DNA from: a virus
Length of the DNA stretch: 64,000 nt
IMG/VR virus record: IMGVR_UViG_3300027708_001637
Strand: one strand, 5' to 3'
Shown: positions 32,101 to 39,064 of the stretch, piece after piece
How positions within the stretch are numbered: the stretch's first letter is position 1
Layout of the letters: each line of letters opens with the position of its first letter
Program-made: the position numbers and the translations under genes
The notes under the pieces: generated by a model
Told to the model about the DNA's origin: nothing
Seen by the model: only the letters and a program-made list of their open reading frames with translations
The model's database searches: none

Positions 32101-32978
32101 ATCAAACTATTTCATATTCTGATTCAGTATTAGTACAAAATACTTTTACCAATGTTTCAACTAATACATATTCAATTAATACAGTAAGTAGCCTCATCAC
32201 GTATCCAAATACATCTACAACAATAACAAGTGATGGTATTATATTAATGACAACTCCGGGTAAATTTCCAATTGATATTACAACGGGCAAAATTAAATAT
32301 TCTACATCCGGATCTTCAATAGTGTATACTGTTTCCACATCTAGCATTTTACCAAAAGATCAATTAGAAATATATTATGGTGGTCAATTATTAAAGAAAA
32401 ATGGACACTATTATCATGATACTACTGTAAATTATGATAGCATTTTAGAAAATCAAATTGTTGGCACTACTGCTACTGTCGCTCAACTTCCAACAACTAG
32501 TACTATTGCTCTTGGCACTGCTTATTTGATTACTGCAACTAATCAAGTTTGGGTCTATGTAGGCAACCGTTCAGAAATAGCAATAAATGGCACAACATCG
32601 ACCATTACTGGATTGGACAATTCAACTACTGGTACTACTTATCTTGATACGACACAAAATATAGTATATTGGTCAACTGGGACTGGATATGTTGCAACGG
32701 CTACATTTGGATATGTGGATTCTGGACTGAGATATGTAGCACCAGATTTTACTATTATTGGTACTAGCCCCCAATACTCGGTAAAATTAAACGTGCCTAT
32801 TCAAGATAATGTTCAATTGACATTAGTCAAAAAACAGTATTCTATGTCACAAAGTTGGAATGATGTTATATCAAATACTAGTACTGTTTCTTTATTAAAT
32901 AGTACGGGAACTATTGCTACATTCCTACAAGATTCACCTGGCAAATTGCCAAATAGCTACTTCTACGGAGGAAAATAA
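20133..32978 (+). CDS. Giant baseplate wedge / structural protein (gp7-position), 4281 aa
   Basis: Uninterrupted 12.8 kb ORF after gp6, Thr/Ser/Asn-rich, with a NIDO-like segment near the N-terminus and seven FG-GAP-like repeats. Confidence 0.75.
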   Translation: MSTATIQTVNLLPSYLQTSKNSKFLASTIDQLIQPPQLEKLNSYIGYEPPVISVVTTQTVTTSSYELVALLKPADIAGTYFSTELVAPRKEGQFSQIAQFNADDAFQGPYNLGFDWNMFGTIYNQVYIGTNGYLTFGGGDVKYTPLTVGALKYPAIYVEYTDLWEGYGPSGQPLSTGETPGIRYATGSIGNFKYFRMRFQGSHYIQRNQTPVIPAYDYECTLYSDGVNQYVENIYEMIPSTVHGLGTNDIGAVFGIANPQNSIPPTTPLILPSQSVPNNTSHVFYSTQNGGKWYYSGPGSFDPFAKQGILISNTQTYILTTKNNYITSTSTYVDISKLPTWKLGDTYIKESSDLRQAYQLEPALIAYDKNLNVTTVVSIDDLANEITIKGGIADNFDRLFRSDVYSFDPKIDWDKLTNYQNYYWLPTGPALIDISSDNIDVDNDIIGNTSYTFTVTNSTATFSLLNGMLISFSGHNVSPAYKYQEFIVEGTGTSITLLPLNSLITPESVAAPADETFDTYGFSIWPGRLPFVPEYVTINRSSKDSNPWSRYNRWFSSNVIESSELANGRPITYPTKHRAKSPIVEFNADIQLFNFGSISIGSVDIIDTTTVDAFTTIEGSTSFATINESSIQIDGIALEYGQRIIFSADKNPVVSSTIYSVDIVNINGTPTLILVPSSNQIAAGSSVVVTKGTVNAGTSWYFNGTAWVYSQQRTHLNEAPLFDLFDDLGQSYSNKNYYTSNWGGNKIFGYKTGITNSLFYNYFANGSIVVTEPNQTIRSIPTSATYFKVGNEYFNTWGSRTAPPIEITSAGYYDVPLSLTNNPLNSGLSNLTLSDLTEHAAAKNRLIASYNPVAFAMMFEGKIENSVIDAITKSADAYNQFKFSLLTQAANINSLTDPVSALDEILTIINSSKTSTSPYYLSDMLAFGVDKKVITYTVNNLTRTSYSISSTFDLSAPNTRSVLVYLNEKQLTFGVDYIFDVIDNMVVMLTALSLGDVLTINEYNNTNGSFVPPTPSKLGLYPVSVPSMYVDYTYVTPTKVIQGHDGSIMVAFNDYRDAIILEYELRVYNNIKVKYRPELFDINSVTPGAFRNTDYSLDEITKIVEQDFIRWSGIYGIDYVSNPTFNNAEPRTWNYTGSLNTLLNVSVNGSWRSIFKYFYDTDRPATHPWEMLGLVSEPTWWTDLYGPAPYTSGNTLMWGDIEAGRINGVVNQFYARPGLSSILPVDSNGNQLDPTTVPLIVNTTPYNIRQSWIIGDQGPAETVWRRSSFWPFVVQRLLALTRPANYCTLMYDPFNMNVDLAGQWSYGANHTLPQLASMPIHGENGIATTGYSVFVSEIGQQRTKNYIADLRQDLTYVNFQLFHKVGGFVNPDTLQIILDAYEPTTMDAGAILPKQNYKLILNTSNPIRSIGISGLIIQRINGAFVVTGYDRQDPYFTYYTPIRNANTPTITVGGVSAEYVNWAPAATVGSRGLTSADITSAVSAPTTVFYQQGQIVRYGNNYYRVQVSHQAETAFNSSLYQLLTVLPTTGGATVQTASKFNSTPSYAPYGQTYNTIQEVYDLIIGYGAWLADQGFVFNEFNTTLNSVVDWNLSAREFLYWSTQNWINNSIISISPFADQLTYQYSDSVVDNVFDSFYDYSIYRSDGTPFPKKNLFIARESGQFTINTINTGDGIYYARLNSVQKEHGMIFDNTTAYSDVIYDIETGQRQHRMKLVGFRTANWNGDFFAPGFVYDQAKIVTWAPNTYYTASDVVQFNGQFYSAKMSLEGSKIFDHTKWTLLGSKPVAGLIPNFDYKIRAFNDFYSLDIDSFDAAQQRTAQQLTGYVPRDYLNNIFTDPISQYKFYQGYIKEKGTKNPINKLSKASINNLNSKIDFNEEWAFRVGQYGSFTTYKEFETPLVEGKFAENPQIISFVNTVPELFKDLVYYVTPDKLTIGKGTLPSFVTTSSSASSFKLLNAGYAQLDDVTNTAFNTNSLITLANNTALNVGDTVWVSSTNTGDWDIYRYAFVPAGITNVAVEVAYSSIIFTTAGSHGLKATDLVSITNIDSSVNGIYQVVSVIGNTQFTVSSSLSSVNFIFPTTPGTLFTFKSSRFSSYDNMPSDQELFQYPPGTTIWIDSGNLTDNNGWAVYEKVNNYYKTKVNSFGTTSALSSNQALGYSISKRKGNNVVVAGLPTYNDTSGNSGRVSLYTKNGNNLQFLLNYPLSNTPLPNTEFGYSVIYDDIEFNLTTYGLIFAGAPGAYNSSGTIKISSINANSLQQQPEITIDNPSNTYGRFGSSIFVQRNTSTKLVLIGAPENGGSVYSYTITATNTIQINQPKTVTASTSGTLWLSTSTRWGHSIVGSDNASIYAIGAPGFDNNSGTVWTSNYELITSPFGSGSGFGHSMAMSTSGNYLAISAPNYINANNSLGAVAVYTLTNSTYILDQILYNPVNTNIYGGSLHFGYAMDFNAETDILIISSLGTASTTLTTFDKGSTTFDKKTTYFTADEPGSGSVYLYERRAHRYVYANELTSSDITTVQGTDYGTSVAVDTGVVLVGAPAITSNGSSSVHQFNQINSTYTGWNPLRVQDDLVVLDTIREIKLIDTITDSIVNYYDYHDPLKGKILGIAEEELTYKTATDPAIYSTGTSTVNVNVNTSWLDDHVGELWWDLSTAKFIWYEQGDLEYRRNKWGKLFPGASIDVYEWVGSQLLPSEWAAQADTNSGLTSGISGQPKFVDNSTVSVSQVYDTVTGSFTNYYYYWVLNKVVVPNVKNRRISAQSVANIIFNPAAAGVQYAAIISSNALMLGNVATQLVSDNISLNISLDTANSKIPRHTEWVLMQEGSHDSVPPPILERKMIESLLGHTISTSTNAGAPVPDPTLSSREKFGIGFRPQQTLFNDRLQAVRTIVEFANSVLINLQITGNYNFDRLNSQQLAPTSYNVVEDNNALDMIIPTDGMIVTVLSDNTYDGSWTVFKYNSNIQQWVRYQTQTFNTTLYWNYTDWVSSDYDQYKILSATVANTYELSLLSLVAGQYVKVNNRGDGNYIIVEKVNTIGNFNNDFDLVYIQNGTIQLSKDLWDSPYGWDETYSFDQTAWNRTPDYELQQILQALKDDIFINDLKSNWNLLFFKAIKYAFTETQTIDWAFKTSFISAINYAGELNQPAVYKLQDNAFYENYLNEVKPYHTQIREFTTEYSSTDTINTSLTDFEGIYTGTDQIIVPFRAVTGSILFDRVSTMPTIGTLPVTDTFIGDGGTREFVLSWVAHPNKSQLTVTIDDTYVLQSDYTVRYYSAKSNGYQKQFSNLKFLNQSPSQNSRIMITYNKSIELMDATDRIINFYDPTPGMPGNDLNLLMDGVTDPRKSIGGQYEGTNFGNRFGGTVADTSIDAGLFYNGKLINALGINPTDLTINGEYGFVTTSSAYGPEELIPGFTIDTLGIDVYTKSNKLVSPTIISGSFNVNASKSTSTIKTTVIQPTTKTGSTQTVVTEIINSTTYGLSILPTTIDSIFVNFNGIEFDYTDSPFTNSAQFSIDWYKSTISIPAQFSNGLLGYTIIGVGDSSTNGNGLIDNGIAYAANTQTKSIVSLANIHDITHSYVTVNGAPITQIDSGNNIYYSLNSASTTSNRAAATVKNLQLDKQYAVQAWFFASSQDKFNVIQEQVFPVVSSVYTLTNFVSNSTSGSPSTQVIVEYIYSNGIKRRLLPPDVSYYTVIDPSIKSYRVVLAASGVTFNTSNTNTNVYLNGSILTTSSYTFSGNQIVISNSVTLNVGDTVSVEAFNNSDITRASSNNYTYDYVIDNSGKLYLTSNITQPHPLDKLKVITFSNQDSLLLETQKFLGNPAGTYKMSRPVLNVNYVWVTIATSSTVTALTSGIDYQVLDDNITVKLSDQYPVTSNQTVIIMSFGNNKSASNVLAYRQFKDLLGGSSFTRLSDRNSTYLTKPLAFTHTEICVADASVLTPPDVNQNIPGVILVDGERIEFFTISDSNTLTHLRRATLGTSPSDHLIAGTIVIDQGSYQTISYSDSVLVQNTFTNVSTNTYSINTVSSLITYPNTSTTITSDGIILMTTPGKFPIDITTGKIKYSTSGSSIVYTVSTSSILPKDQLEIYYGGQLLKKNGHYYHDTTVNYDSILENQIVGTTATVAQLPTTSTIALGTAYLITATNQVWVYVGNRSEIAINGTTSTITGLDNSTTGTTYLDTTQNIVYWSTGTGYVATATFGYVDSGLRYVAPDFTIIGTSPQYSVKLNVPIQDNVQLTLVKKQYSMSQSWNDVISNTSTVSLLNSTGTIATFLQDSPGKLPNSYFYGGK

Positions 32979-33008
32979 ACTGTAGAATAGATCCTAATCT
33001 TTTAACAG

Positions 33009-33016
33009 CATAAATA
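33009..33016 (+). promoter_or_regulatory. Late promoter variant CATAAATA
   Basis: 5 nt upstream of the 33022 start. Confidence 0.5.
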
Positions 33017-33021
33017 TCGTT

Positions 33022-33645
33022 ATGAAACCAACAGACAACAAACCCAATGAACAAGGCAATATCCTACTTAAAGGACACATTAAGATCTCTGATCCCACTA
33101 CCGGTGAAATTTTTATTGACAAGGATAATGCTATCAATTATGAAAATTTTAGTTTGAGCCTTGCCCAGGGTGTAAGTAATCAAGGCCGCGGAATGATTGA
33201 AAATATGTCATTTGGTAATGGCGGGACTAGAGTTGATAATACGGGTATTATTACGTATTTGACACCAAATGTCATTGGCGCCACCGCAGCACTTTATAAT
33301 CAAACTTATTACAAAGTAGTTGATGCAAAACAAGTATATGATTTAGATCCTTCTCGAAATTTTATGGAAGTTCGTCACGTAGCTGGTGCATTTTATAGTG
33401 ATATATTAGTTAGTTGTTTATTAGATTTTGGCGAACCAGGCGGTCAGCAAGCATTTGATAATGCTACTAACAGTGATGGTACATATGTTTTTGATGAATT
33501 AGGACTGCGTGCATACAGTCCCGACGGTCCTGGAACAGGTCCCTTACTAACCCACGTTATTTTTCATCCTGTACAAAAAAGTTTAAATCGTATGATTCAA
33601 ATTGATTATACAATTCGTGTACAAAGTTTAAGTGTGAGGGTTTGA
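33022..33645 (+). CDS. Conserved virion structural protein (baseplate / tail-collar-like)
   Basis: 207 aa; NAI..EN.S..LA, FDELGL, LTHVIFHPVQKSLNR.IQIDYTIR motifs; structural operon context. Confidence 0.55.
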   Translation: MKPTDNKPNEQGNILLKGHIKISDPTTGEIFIDKDNAINYENFSLSLAQGVSNQGRGMIENMSFGNGGTRVDNTGIITYLTPNVIGATAALYNQTYYKVVDAKQVYDLDPSRNFMEVRHVAGAFYSDILVSCLLDFGEPGGQQAFDNATNSDGTYVFDELGLRAYSPDGPGTGPLLTHVIFHPVQKSLNRMIQIDYTIRVQSLSVRV

Positions 33646-33651
33646 TATTTT

Positions 33652-34404
33652 ATGGCTTATACTATTTTAAAAACTAACGGGGAATTTCTAACAAGGGTAG
33701 CAGACGGTTCAATTAATAGTACTGCAACCAGTGTAACTCTTCTTGGTAGGGACTTTACTGGATATGGTCAATATTACAATGAAAATCTTGTAACATTATT
33801 GTCCAATTCTGCAAAGGACTCACCGCCAACTTACCCAATTCAAGGTGAACTTTGGTACGATACTTTAACTGGGCAGTTAAAAATTTACGATAATGCTTTT
33901 AAAAATATCGGGGCTGCTACAATATCCGATACATACCCTATTGCGCCAAGTCTTGGAGATTTTTGGTACGATAGTGCAAGGGCTGTATTAAATTTCTTTA
34001 GTCCTAACGGGACTATATCATTATCATCCTTCCCAGTAGCAGATACTGTGGGGTGGGTCAATCCAACAGTTACCATTATTGACACTTCCAATGTTAGTCA
34101 TCCTAATGTAACATTACTATTCAATGTAGATCCATCATCTGCTGTTGGTGTATTAAGTGATAGTAGTTTTGTCGCTAATGCTGATGCTACTCAATTGTAC
34201 CTAACTGCTTCTGGCCAAATTACTACCAATATTGTTCAAGGATTGAACATATTTGGCGGAATACAAACTACGGGAGATGTTACTGTGGGTGGTACTATAC
34301 ATACTGCATCAACTACCGGCACACCTACCAATACATCAACACCTGCAAAGTGGTTGAAAATGGTAGTTGGTGGTGCCAATTACTATGTACCATTATATCA
34401 ATAA
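33652..34404 (+). CDS. Tail fibre-related protein
   Basis: N-terminus (Y.I.KTNG..L..V.D...L.G..FTGYGQ...EN...LL.N...P..P..G.LWYD) paralogous to the next gene. Confidence 0.65.
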   Translation: MAYTILKTNGEFLTRVADGSINSTATSVTLLGRDFTGYGQYYNENLVTLLSNSAKDSPPTYPIQGELWYDTLTGQLKIYDNAFKNIGAATISDTYPIAPSLGDFWYDSARAVLNFFSPNGTISLSSFPVADTVGWVNPTVTIIDTSNVSHPNVTLLFNVDPSSAVGVLSDSSFVANADATQLYLTASGQITTNIVQGLNIFGGIQTTGDVTVGGTIHTASTTGTPTNTSTPAKWLKMVVGGANYYVPLYQ

Positions 34405-34412
34405 TAAACAAT

Positions 34413-35666
34413 ATGCCATATATCTTAAACAAAACTAACGGAACACTGCTTACTACAGTTGAAGATGCTACGGTTAATAATGCCTACAGTTTAACATTTT
34501 TGGGCAAAAATTTTACTGGGTACGGGCAAGCTATTGAAGAAAATTTTGTAAAGTTATTAGAAAACTTTGCCAATAGTTCATCACCATCTAACCCAATTTC
34601 GGGACAGTTGTGGTTCAACACATCAACTCAACAATTGAATATTTCTAGCAATGGATTAAATTGGAAAGGTGTAGGTAGTATATCAGTAGGATCTACATCT
34701 ACTGTAAATTTAACCCCTACTGAAGGTGATTTGTTTTGGGATTCAAATTTATCTAGTTTAATTGCATACGACGGATCTTCGTATATTACTATTGGTCCAT
34801 ACAGTGCCAGTACGTATGCTTCTTGGACTATTGGCCGAATTACAAGTGATAGTAACACTGGCAATCAACAATATCCAGCAATAGTTGGTAGCTTGCAAGG
34901 GTCATCTGGTCTTGAGCCAATGGTTGTTTTTTCTAATCCAGCAGTGCCCTCATACACGCCTGATAGTGTTATGGGGTCAGATTATGCACCCTATTTTAAT
35001 TCAATACAACGTGGAATTACATTAAGGGGTGCAAACACATCTACTACTGTTCCTAGTAATTCAACCATTTTAGTTCCAGGGTCTAGTATTGATTCTGGAT
35101 ATTACTTTTGGGGAACCTCGGCTGAGTCATTAGCTACTGTAACAGTTGAATTAACTACTACTACCAATTTTAATACGTGTTTCATTCCGTTTGCTGGAAC
35201 AACTTTAGGTGCAACATCGTTATTAACAACTTCTACTTTTTCTTATGAACCAAGTACAGGAGTGTTAAATGCTACTGCTACTGCGGCATACTATGCTGAC
35301 TTAGCCGAGCGTTATGAAGCCGACACTGAGTACGAAGTTGGAACTGTATTAGTAATTGGCGGCACAAAAGAAGTTACTGTTACTGATCAATTTGCTGATA
35401 CAAGAGTAGCGGGCATAGTGTCTAAAAACCCTGCATATATGATGAATTCTGACGCTGGAAGTGATGAAACTCACCCTTATATTGCCTTAAAAGGCCGTGT
35501 TCCTTGCAAAGTTGTGGGCTTTATTGAGAAAGGTGACCTACTAGTAACTAGTGCACATCCTGGATATGCTGCTGCCGCTAAGTCAATAAGTGCAGGTGCA
35601 GTAATTGGAAAAGCCCTGCAAGGTAACTCACAGGGCTTTGGGGTTATTGAAGTTTTAGTAGTTTAA
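34413..35666 (+). CDS. Tail fibre protein with C-terminal intramolecular-chaperone-like domain
   Basis: Start at MPYILNKTNG (34413); C-terminal YADLAERYEAD...AGIVS.NPAY.MN...IAL.GRVPCKVVG...GDLLVTS..PG...IGKAL. Confidence 0.75.
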   Translation: MPYILNKTNGTLLTTVEDATVNNAYSLTFLGKNFTGYGQAIEENFVKLLENFANSSSPSNPISGQLWFNTSTQQLNISSNGLNWKGVGSISVGSTSTVNLTPTEGDLFWDSNLSSLIAYDGSSYITIGPYSASTYASWTIGRITSDSNTGNQQYPAIVGSLQGSSGLEPMVVFSNPAVPSYTPDSVMGSDYAPYFNSIQRGITLRGANTSTTVPSNSTILVPGSSIDSGYYFWGTSAESLATVTVELTTTTNFNTCFIPFAGTTLGATSLLTTSTFSYEPSTGVLNATATAAYYADLAERYEADTEYEVGTVLVIGGTKEVTVTDQFADTRVAGIVSKNPAYMMNSDAGSDETHPYIALKGRVPCKVVGFIEKGDLLVTSAHPGYAAAAKSISAGAVIGKALQGNSQGFGVIEVLVV

Positions 35667-36550
35667 ACAGCCATTGGTGCTGTAATAGCATCGTGGTGTT
35701 CATAATGAACTAATTCAATATCGTTCATTTCAAAGTCTGTAATAACCTGTACTGAAGGATTCAATTGTAGTGTTGCCAACGGCAATGGTTCACGACTAAG
35801 TTGTTCACGTACTTGATCAAAATGCGTATTGTAGATGTGCGCATCTCCAAACGAAATAATCAAATCGCCCACATCTAAATTACAAACTTGTGCAATCATA
35901 TGTGTAAACAATGCATATGATGCAATGTTGAATGGTACGCCTAAGAACATATCTGCACTACGCTGATACATATGGCAACTCAATCGGCCATTGCTAACAT
36001 AAAACTGACTCATAATGTGACAGGGAGGTAACGCCATCAATTCAAGTTCACCAGGATTCCAAGCACTAATGATATGTCGACGACCGTAAGGATCTTCTTT
36101 AATACCTGCAATCAATTCAATCAATTGGTCGTGATTTTGCAATACAACTTTGTTGATACGAATTAAAGGTTTACGCCAACGACGCCATTGTACACCGTAA
36201 ATGCGTCCCAAGTCACCCGCGCTACGTTTTGTTTTCTTGTTAACCCAATATGGTGCATTGGCGTTATCAGTCCAAATAGTAGACTTGGTACTTTCACGAC
36301 TGCCGTGTAAAATCTCCTTCAAACGGCGTTCGTCGTTACTGCCTTCGATGAACCAAAGTAGTTCACTAACAACACTTTTCCACGCTAACTTTTTAGTTGT
36401 TACCGCAGGGAACCCTTCGGATAGATCAAATCTAAGTTGCATCCCGAAAATGCTACGAGTACCAACACCTGTACGGTCTGGCCTATCGTCACCATTTTCT
36501 AAGATGTCTTTAAGGGCATCTAAGTATACTGACTCGGACGTTTTGTTCAT
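35663..36550 (-). CDS. thyA: Thymidylate synthase
   Basis: DRTGVGT, YGVQWR, MALPPCH, YQRSADMFLGVPFN, GDAHIY motifs; no intron. Confidence 0.98.
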   Translation of the reverse strand: MNKTSESVYLDALKDILENGDDRPDRTGVGTRSIFGMQLRFDLSEGFPAVTTKKLAWKSVVSELLWFIEGSNDERRLKEILHGSRESTKSTIWTDNANAPYWVNKKTKRSAGDLGRIYGVQWRRWRKPLIRINKVVLQNHDQLIELIAGIKEDPYGRRHIISAWNPGELELMALPPCHIMSQFYVSNGRLSCHMYQRSADMFLGVPFNIASYALFTHMIAQVCNLDVGDLIISFGDAHIYNTHFDQVREQLSREPLPLATLQLNPSVQVITDFEMNDIELVHYEHHDAITAPMAV

Positions 36551-37191
36551 TAATCAACCACTACGTCTTTCTTTTTACGACTCTTTGGAGGATCAACTTC
36601 GTCAGCTTGTTTACGCAGCATTTGAGCCTGCTTAAACAATGCATCTGCCTTCGAGCGTAGTTTCGCTGGGGACAAGTCTTCGTCAGCGACAAGCGGAACT
36701 GCTGGCTCGTCAACAATAATTTCTTCTCCAGCATTAACTGTTGTACTCGAGGTCTTAGTTGGATCATCTTTGACTTGAGTCTTTGGATTAGCTCTTTTAC
36801 CATCAGTAACAGCTAACTCGTCAACCTTAATGCCTTTTTGTTGGGCAATTAATTCGTTTAATTCGTTCAATGGGATTGATGCACTGGAACTGGGTGTCAT
36901 AATGACACCAGTAGTAGGAACTTTCTTAAGTTGGCCACGTTGATGTAACGCCGCTAACATATTCTGTCCATCAGGAAATTTGCGAACTGCCAATAAGTCG
37001 GCTAATTCGTTAGCCTGTTGTCCGCTGGTTTCCTGAACTAAATTCATTAGAGCATCGTGCCAAGAGTCTGACAGACTATTTGTACCAATGACCAATGCGC
37101 TGCTGGAATCGCCAGGCAATGTTCTATAGGCAACAACGACTTTGGCACCGTTGTTTTGCATTTTACCTATGTGCTTCATTTTAGTTGCCAT
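36550..37191 (-). CDS. Hypothetical protein
   Basis: 213 aa ORF coupled to its neighbours by 1-nt overlaps. Confidence 0.8.
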   Translation of the reverse strand: MATKMKHIGKMQNNGAKVVVAYRTLPGDSSSALVIGTNSLSDSWHDALMNLVQETSGQQANELADLLAVRKFPDGQNMLAALHQRGQLKKVPTTGVIMTPSSSASIPLNELNELIAQQKGIKVDELAVTDGKRANPKTQVKDDPTKTSSTTVNAGEEIIVDEPAVPLVADEDLSPAKLRSKADALFKQAQMLRKQADEVDPPKSRKKKDVVVD

Positions 37192-37418
37192 TATTGTGCT
37201 TCAGTAGCCGCAGTACTGTCGTCTGCTGGCGTTGCTGGGGCAACAGCATTCAAGAACGCATTAACGCGATCAAATACTGCACCAACTGAACTAGCTTCGG
37301 CAGCGCTAAACGCACCACGGCGAACAGCCAAATCAACGACAGAACGTAGATTTTGCAAATCTGCAATGCTTAATTGTGGGCCCTGTTGTTCTTGAGCTTG
37401 AGTTTGATTTTCTTCCAT
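37191..37418 (-). CDS. Hypothetical protein
   Basis: 75 aa, AAGGA RBS, coupled to the downstream gene. Confidence 0.75.
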   Translation of the reverse strand: MEENQTQAQEQQGPQLSIADLQNLRSVVDLAVRRGAFSAAEASSVGAVFDRVNAFLNAVAPATPADDSTAATEAQ

Positions 37419-37429
37419 TTTATTTTCCT

Positions 37430-37714
37430 TTATGTGTTATGTAAATAGGTGCAACCTAGAGTTAGCATCGTAAGTTCCATTGGATCTTCCAAACCAATTT
37501 CTATTGATTCAATCATACGGTTATTGTCATCAATAGCAATAGTCTTTCTAATTGCATACCTACTATTTAAGTTGTAGTTTATCCACTGATCTAATATCTT
37601 GATATCTCGATCTACGTCTTTAATTGTGATACGTGCAAAGTGTTCTGGTATGAAACTTAACCGTCTCATCTTTAGAACACTTAGCGGCGAAACACTACCT
37701 CTACTGAGTGACAT
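37430..37714 (-). CDS. Hypothetical protein
   Basis: 94 aa directly after a late promoter. Confidence 0.75.
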   Translation of the reverse strand: MSLSRGSVSPLSVLKMRRLSFIPEHFARITIKDVDRDIKILDQWINYNLNSRYAIRKTIAIDDNNRMIESIEIGLEDPMELTMLTLGCTYLHNT

Positions 37715-37725
37715 TAACTACCTAC

Positions 37726-38988
37726 TTATTTATAATATGCAGTTTGTCCAAACGGGGCAACGATGCTTTCATTGCCGTGAATAATGAATAAACTTTCACA
37801 ATAGTCTTCATCACCCCAACTACCACAAGGGTATCCGTCAGTAAACATAATGAAACGCTTTGGAACAATGTCTTCATTCTTCATGAACTCAAAGTTTACA
37901 TCAAAGTCAGTACCGCCACCACCTTGACATTTGTAGGACATAATGTCTTCGGCAGTATCACCAGTAAAACGTTGATAGCCATAAACTTCTGTATCAAATG
38001 TCCACAAGTCCAATTTAAAGTCCTTGTATTCGTCCATAATGCCTTTGACTTCTGACAAGAAGTCCATTGCCATAGAGTCACTAATACTTCCAGACATATC
38101 AATTGCCACTGACACATCAATAGTTTCTTCGTTCATCATACCTGGCAAGATAGCACCACAGTGTTGACTCTTGCGGTTAGGACGACTGAAACTAAAATTG
38201 CTTTTCAGAATACTTTGGATATTCATACGCAACATTTGACGCCAGTCCATCTTAGGCTCAGTAAAGTCAGTAATCAAACGTGCAACACCTGCAGGAACTT
38301 TACCAGCACCTGCTGCCTGTGCAGCCGCAACCATTGCTTCTTTGATTTCGTCTTTAATTGCTTTCTTTTCTTCTGGAGTCAACGTTGGACGCTTGCCGGA
38401 ACCGTCTTGAGTGCTGTCTTCGTTTTCATCGCCGTCACCGTCATCATCACCGTCCAAGTGTTCGTCTAACAGTTCACCCAATGTGCTAATATCAATCTTT
38501 TTAGCCTTTTGATACAGTTCATCATAAATCTGTTCGTAACTCAAACCACGATACTTGTCGTCTTGGAATACTTTGATGCAGGATGGAAATTCGCCAATGC
38601 GCTCGTCCTTGCAAATTTGATTAACGGCATAGTCAGCGGCAAAGTTGCTCAACTGTGGATCACGACCATCACGTCGACCCATATGGTCAAATACATTGTG
38701 CAGTACTTCGTGAGCAAAGCCAAACTCGCATTGTTTAGGAGTCAATTGATCAACGAAATCGTTGCTGTAATAAAAGTTTCGACCATCGGTGGCTAATGTA
38801 CTACACCATTCAGATGCATCAATTAGTTTCATACGAGTAGCCATATTGCCAAAAAACGGATGACGCAACAGCAAGCCAATGCGAGCAGTGATTAGCTTTT
38901 CGACAATCTTATTCTTTTCTGTTTGAGAAAATGCACGTTTTTCTTGTGCTTTGTATTTTTTATTTGCTGTTGATGTTTTAGCAGACAT
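37726..38988 (-). CDS. DUF2201-like metallopeptidase-VWA domain protein (MoxR partner)
   Basis: TLATDG...HEVLH zincin motif, acidic linker, VWA MIDAS IDMSGS...FD...GGGTDF...MFTDG. Confidence 0.9.
   Translation of the reverse strand: MSAKTSTANKKYKAQEKRAFSQTEKNKIVEKLITARIGLLLRHPFFGNMATRMKLIDASEWCSTLATDGRNFYYSNDFVDQLTPKQCEFGFAHEVLHNVFDHMGRRDGRDPQLSNFAADYAVNQICKDERIGEFPSCIKVFQDDKYRGLSYEQIYDELYQKAKKIDISTLGELLDEHLDGDDDGDGDENEDSTQDGSGKRPTLTPEEKKAIKDEIKEAMVAAAQAAGAGKVPAGVARLITDFTEPKMDWRQMLRMNIQSILKSNFSFSRPNRKSQHCGAILPGMMNEETIDVSVAIDMSGSISDSMAMDFLSEVKGIMDEYKDFKLDLWTFDTEVYGYQRFTGDTAEDIMSYKCQGGGGTDFDVNFEFMKNEDIVPKRFIMFTDGYPCGSWGDEDYCESLFIIHGNESIVAPFGQTAYYK
37727..37734 (-). promoter_or_regulatory. T4-type late promoter TATAAATA
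   Basis: Exact consensus overlapping the VWA gene stop, upstream of 37714. Confidence 0.65.
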
Positions 38989-39010
38989 AACTACTCCTGT
39001 TTAAAATTAT

Positions 39011-39039
39011 ATTATACACTATTTTATTTAACTTGTCAA
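39011..39039 (-). promoter_or_regulatory. Perfect sigma70 promoter TTGACA-17-TATAAT
   Basis: -35 at 39034-39039 and -10 at 39011-39016. Confidence 0.9.
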
Positions 39040-39040
39040 T

Positions 39041-39060
39041 AAAAAAGGGGCCTAAGCCCC
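39041..39060 (-). terminator. Intrinsic terminator after the MoxR gene
   Basis: Minus strand GGGGC-TTAG-GCCCC followed by TTTTTT. Confidence 0.85.
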
Positions 39061-39064
39061 AATT

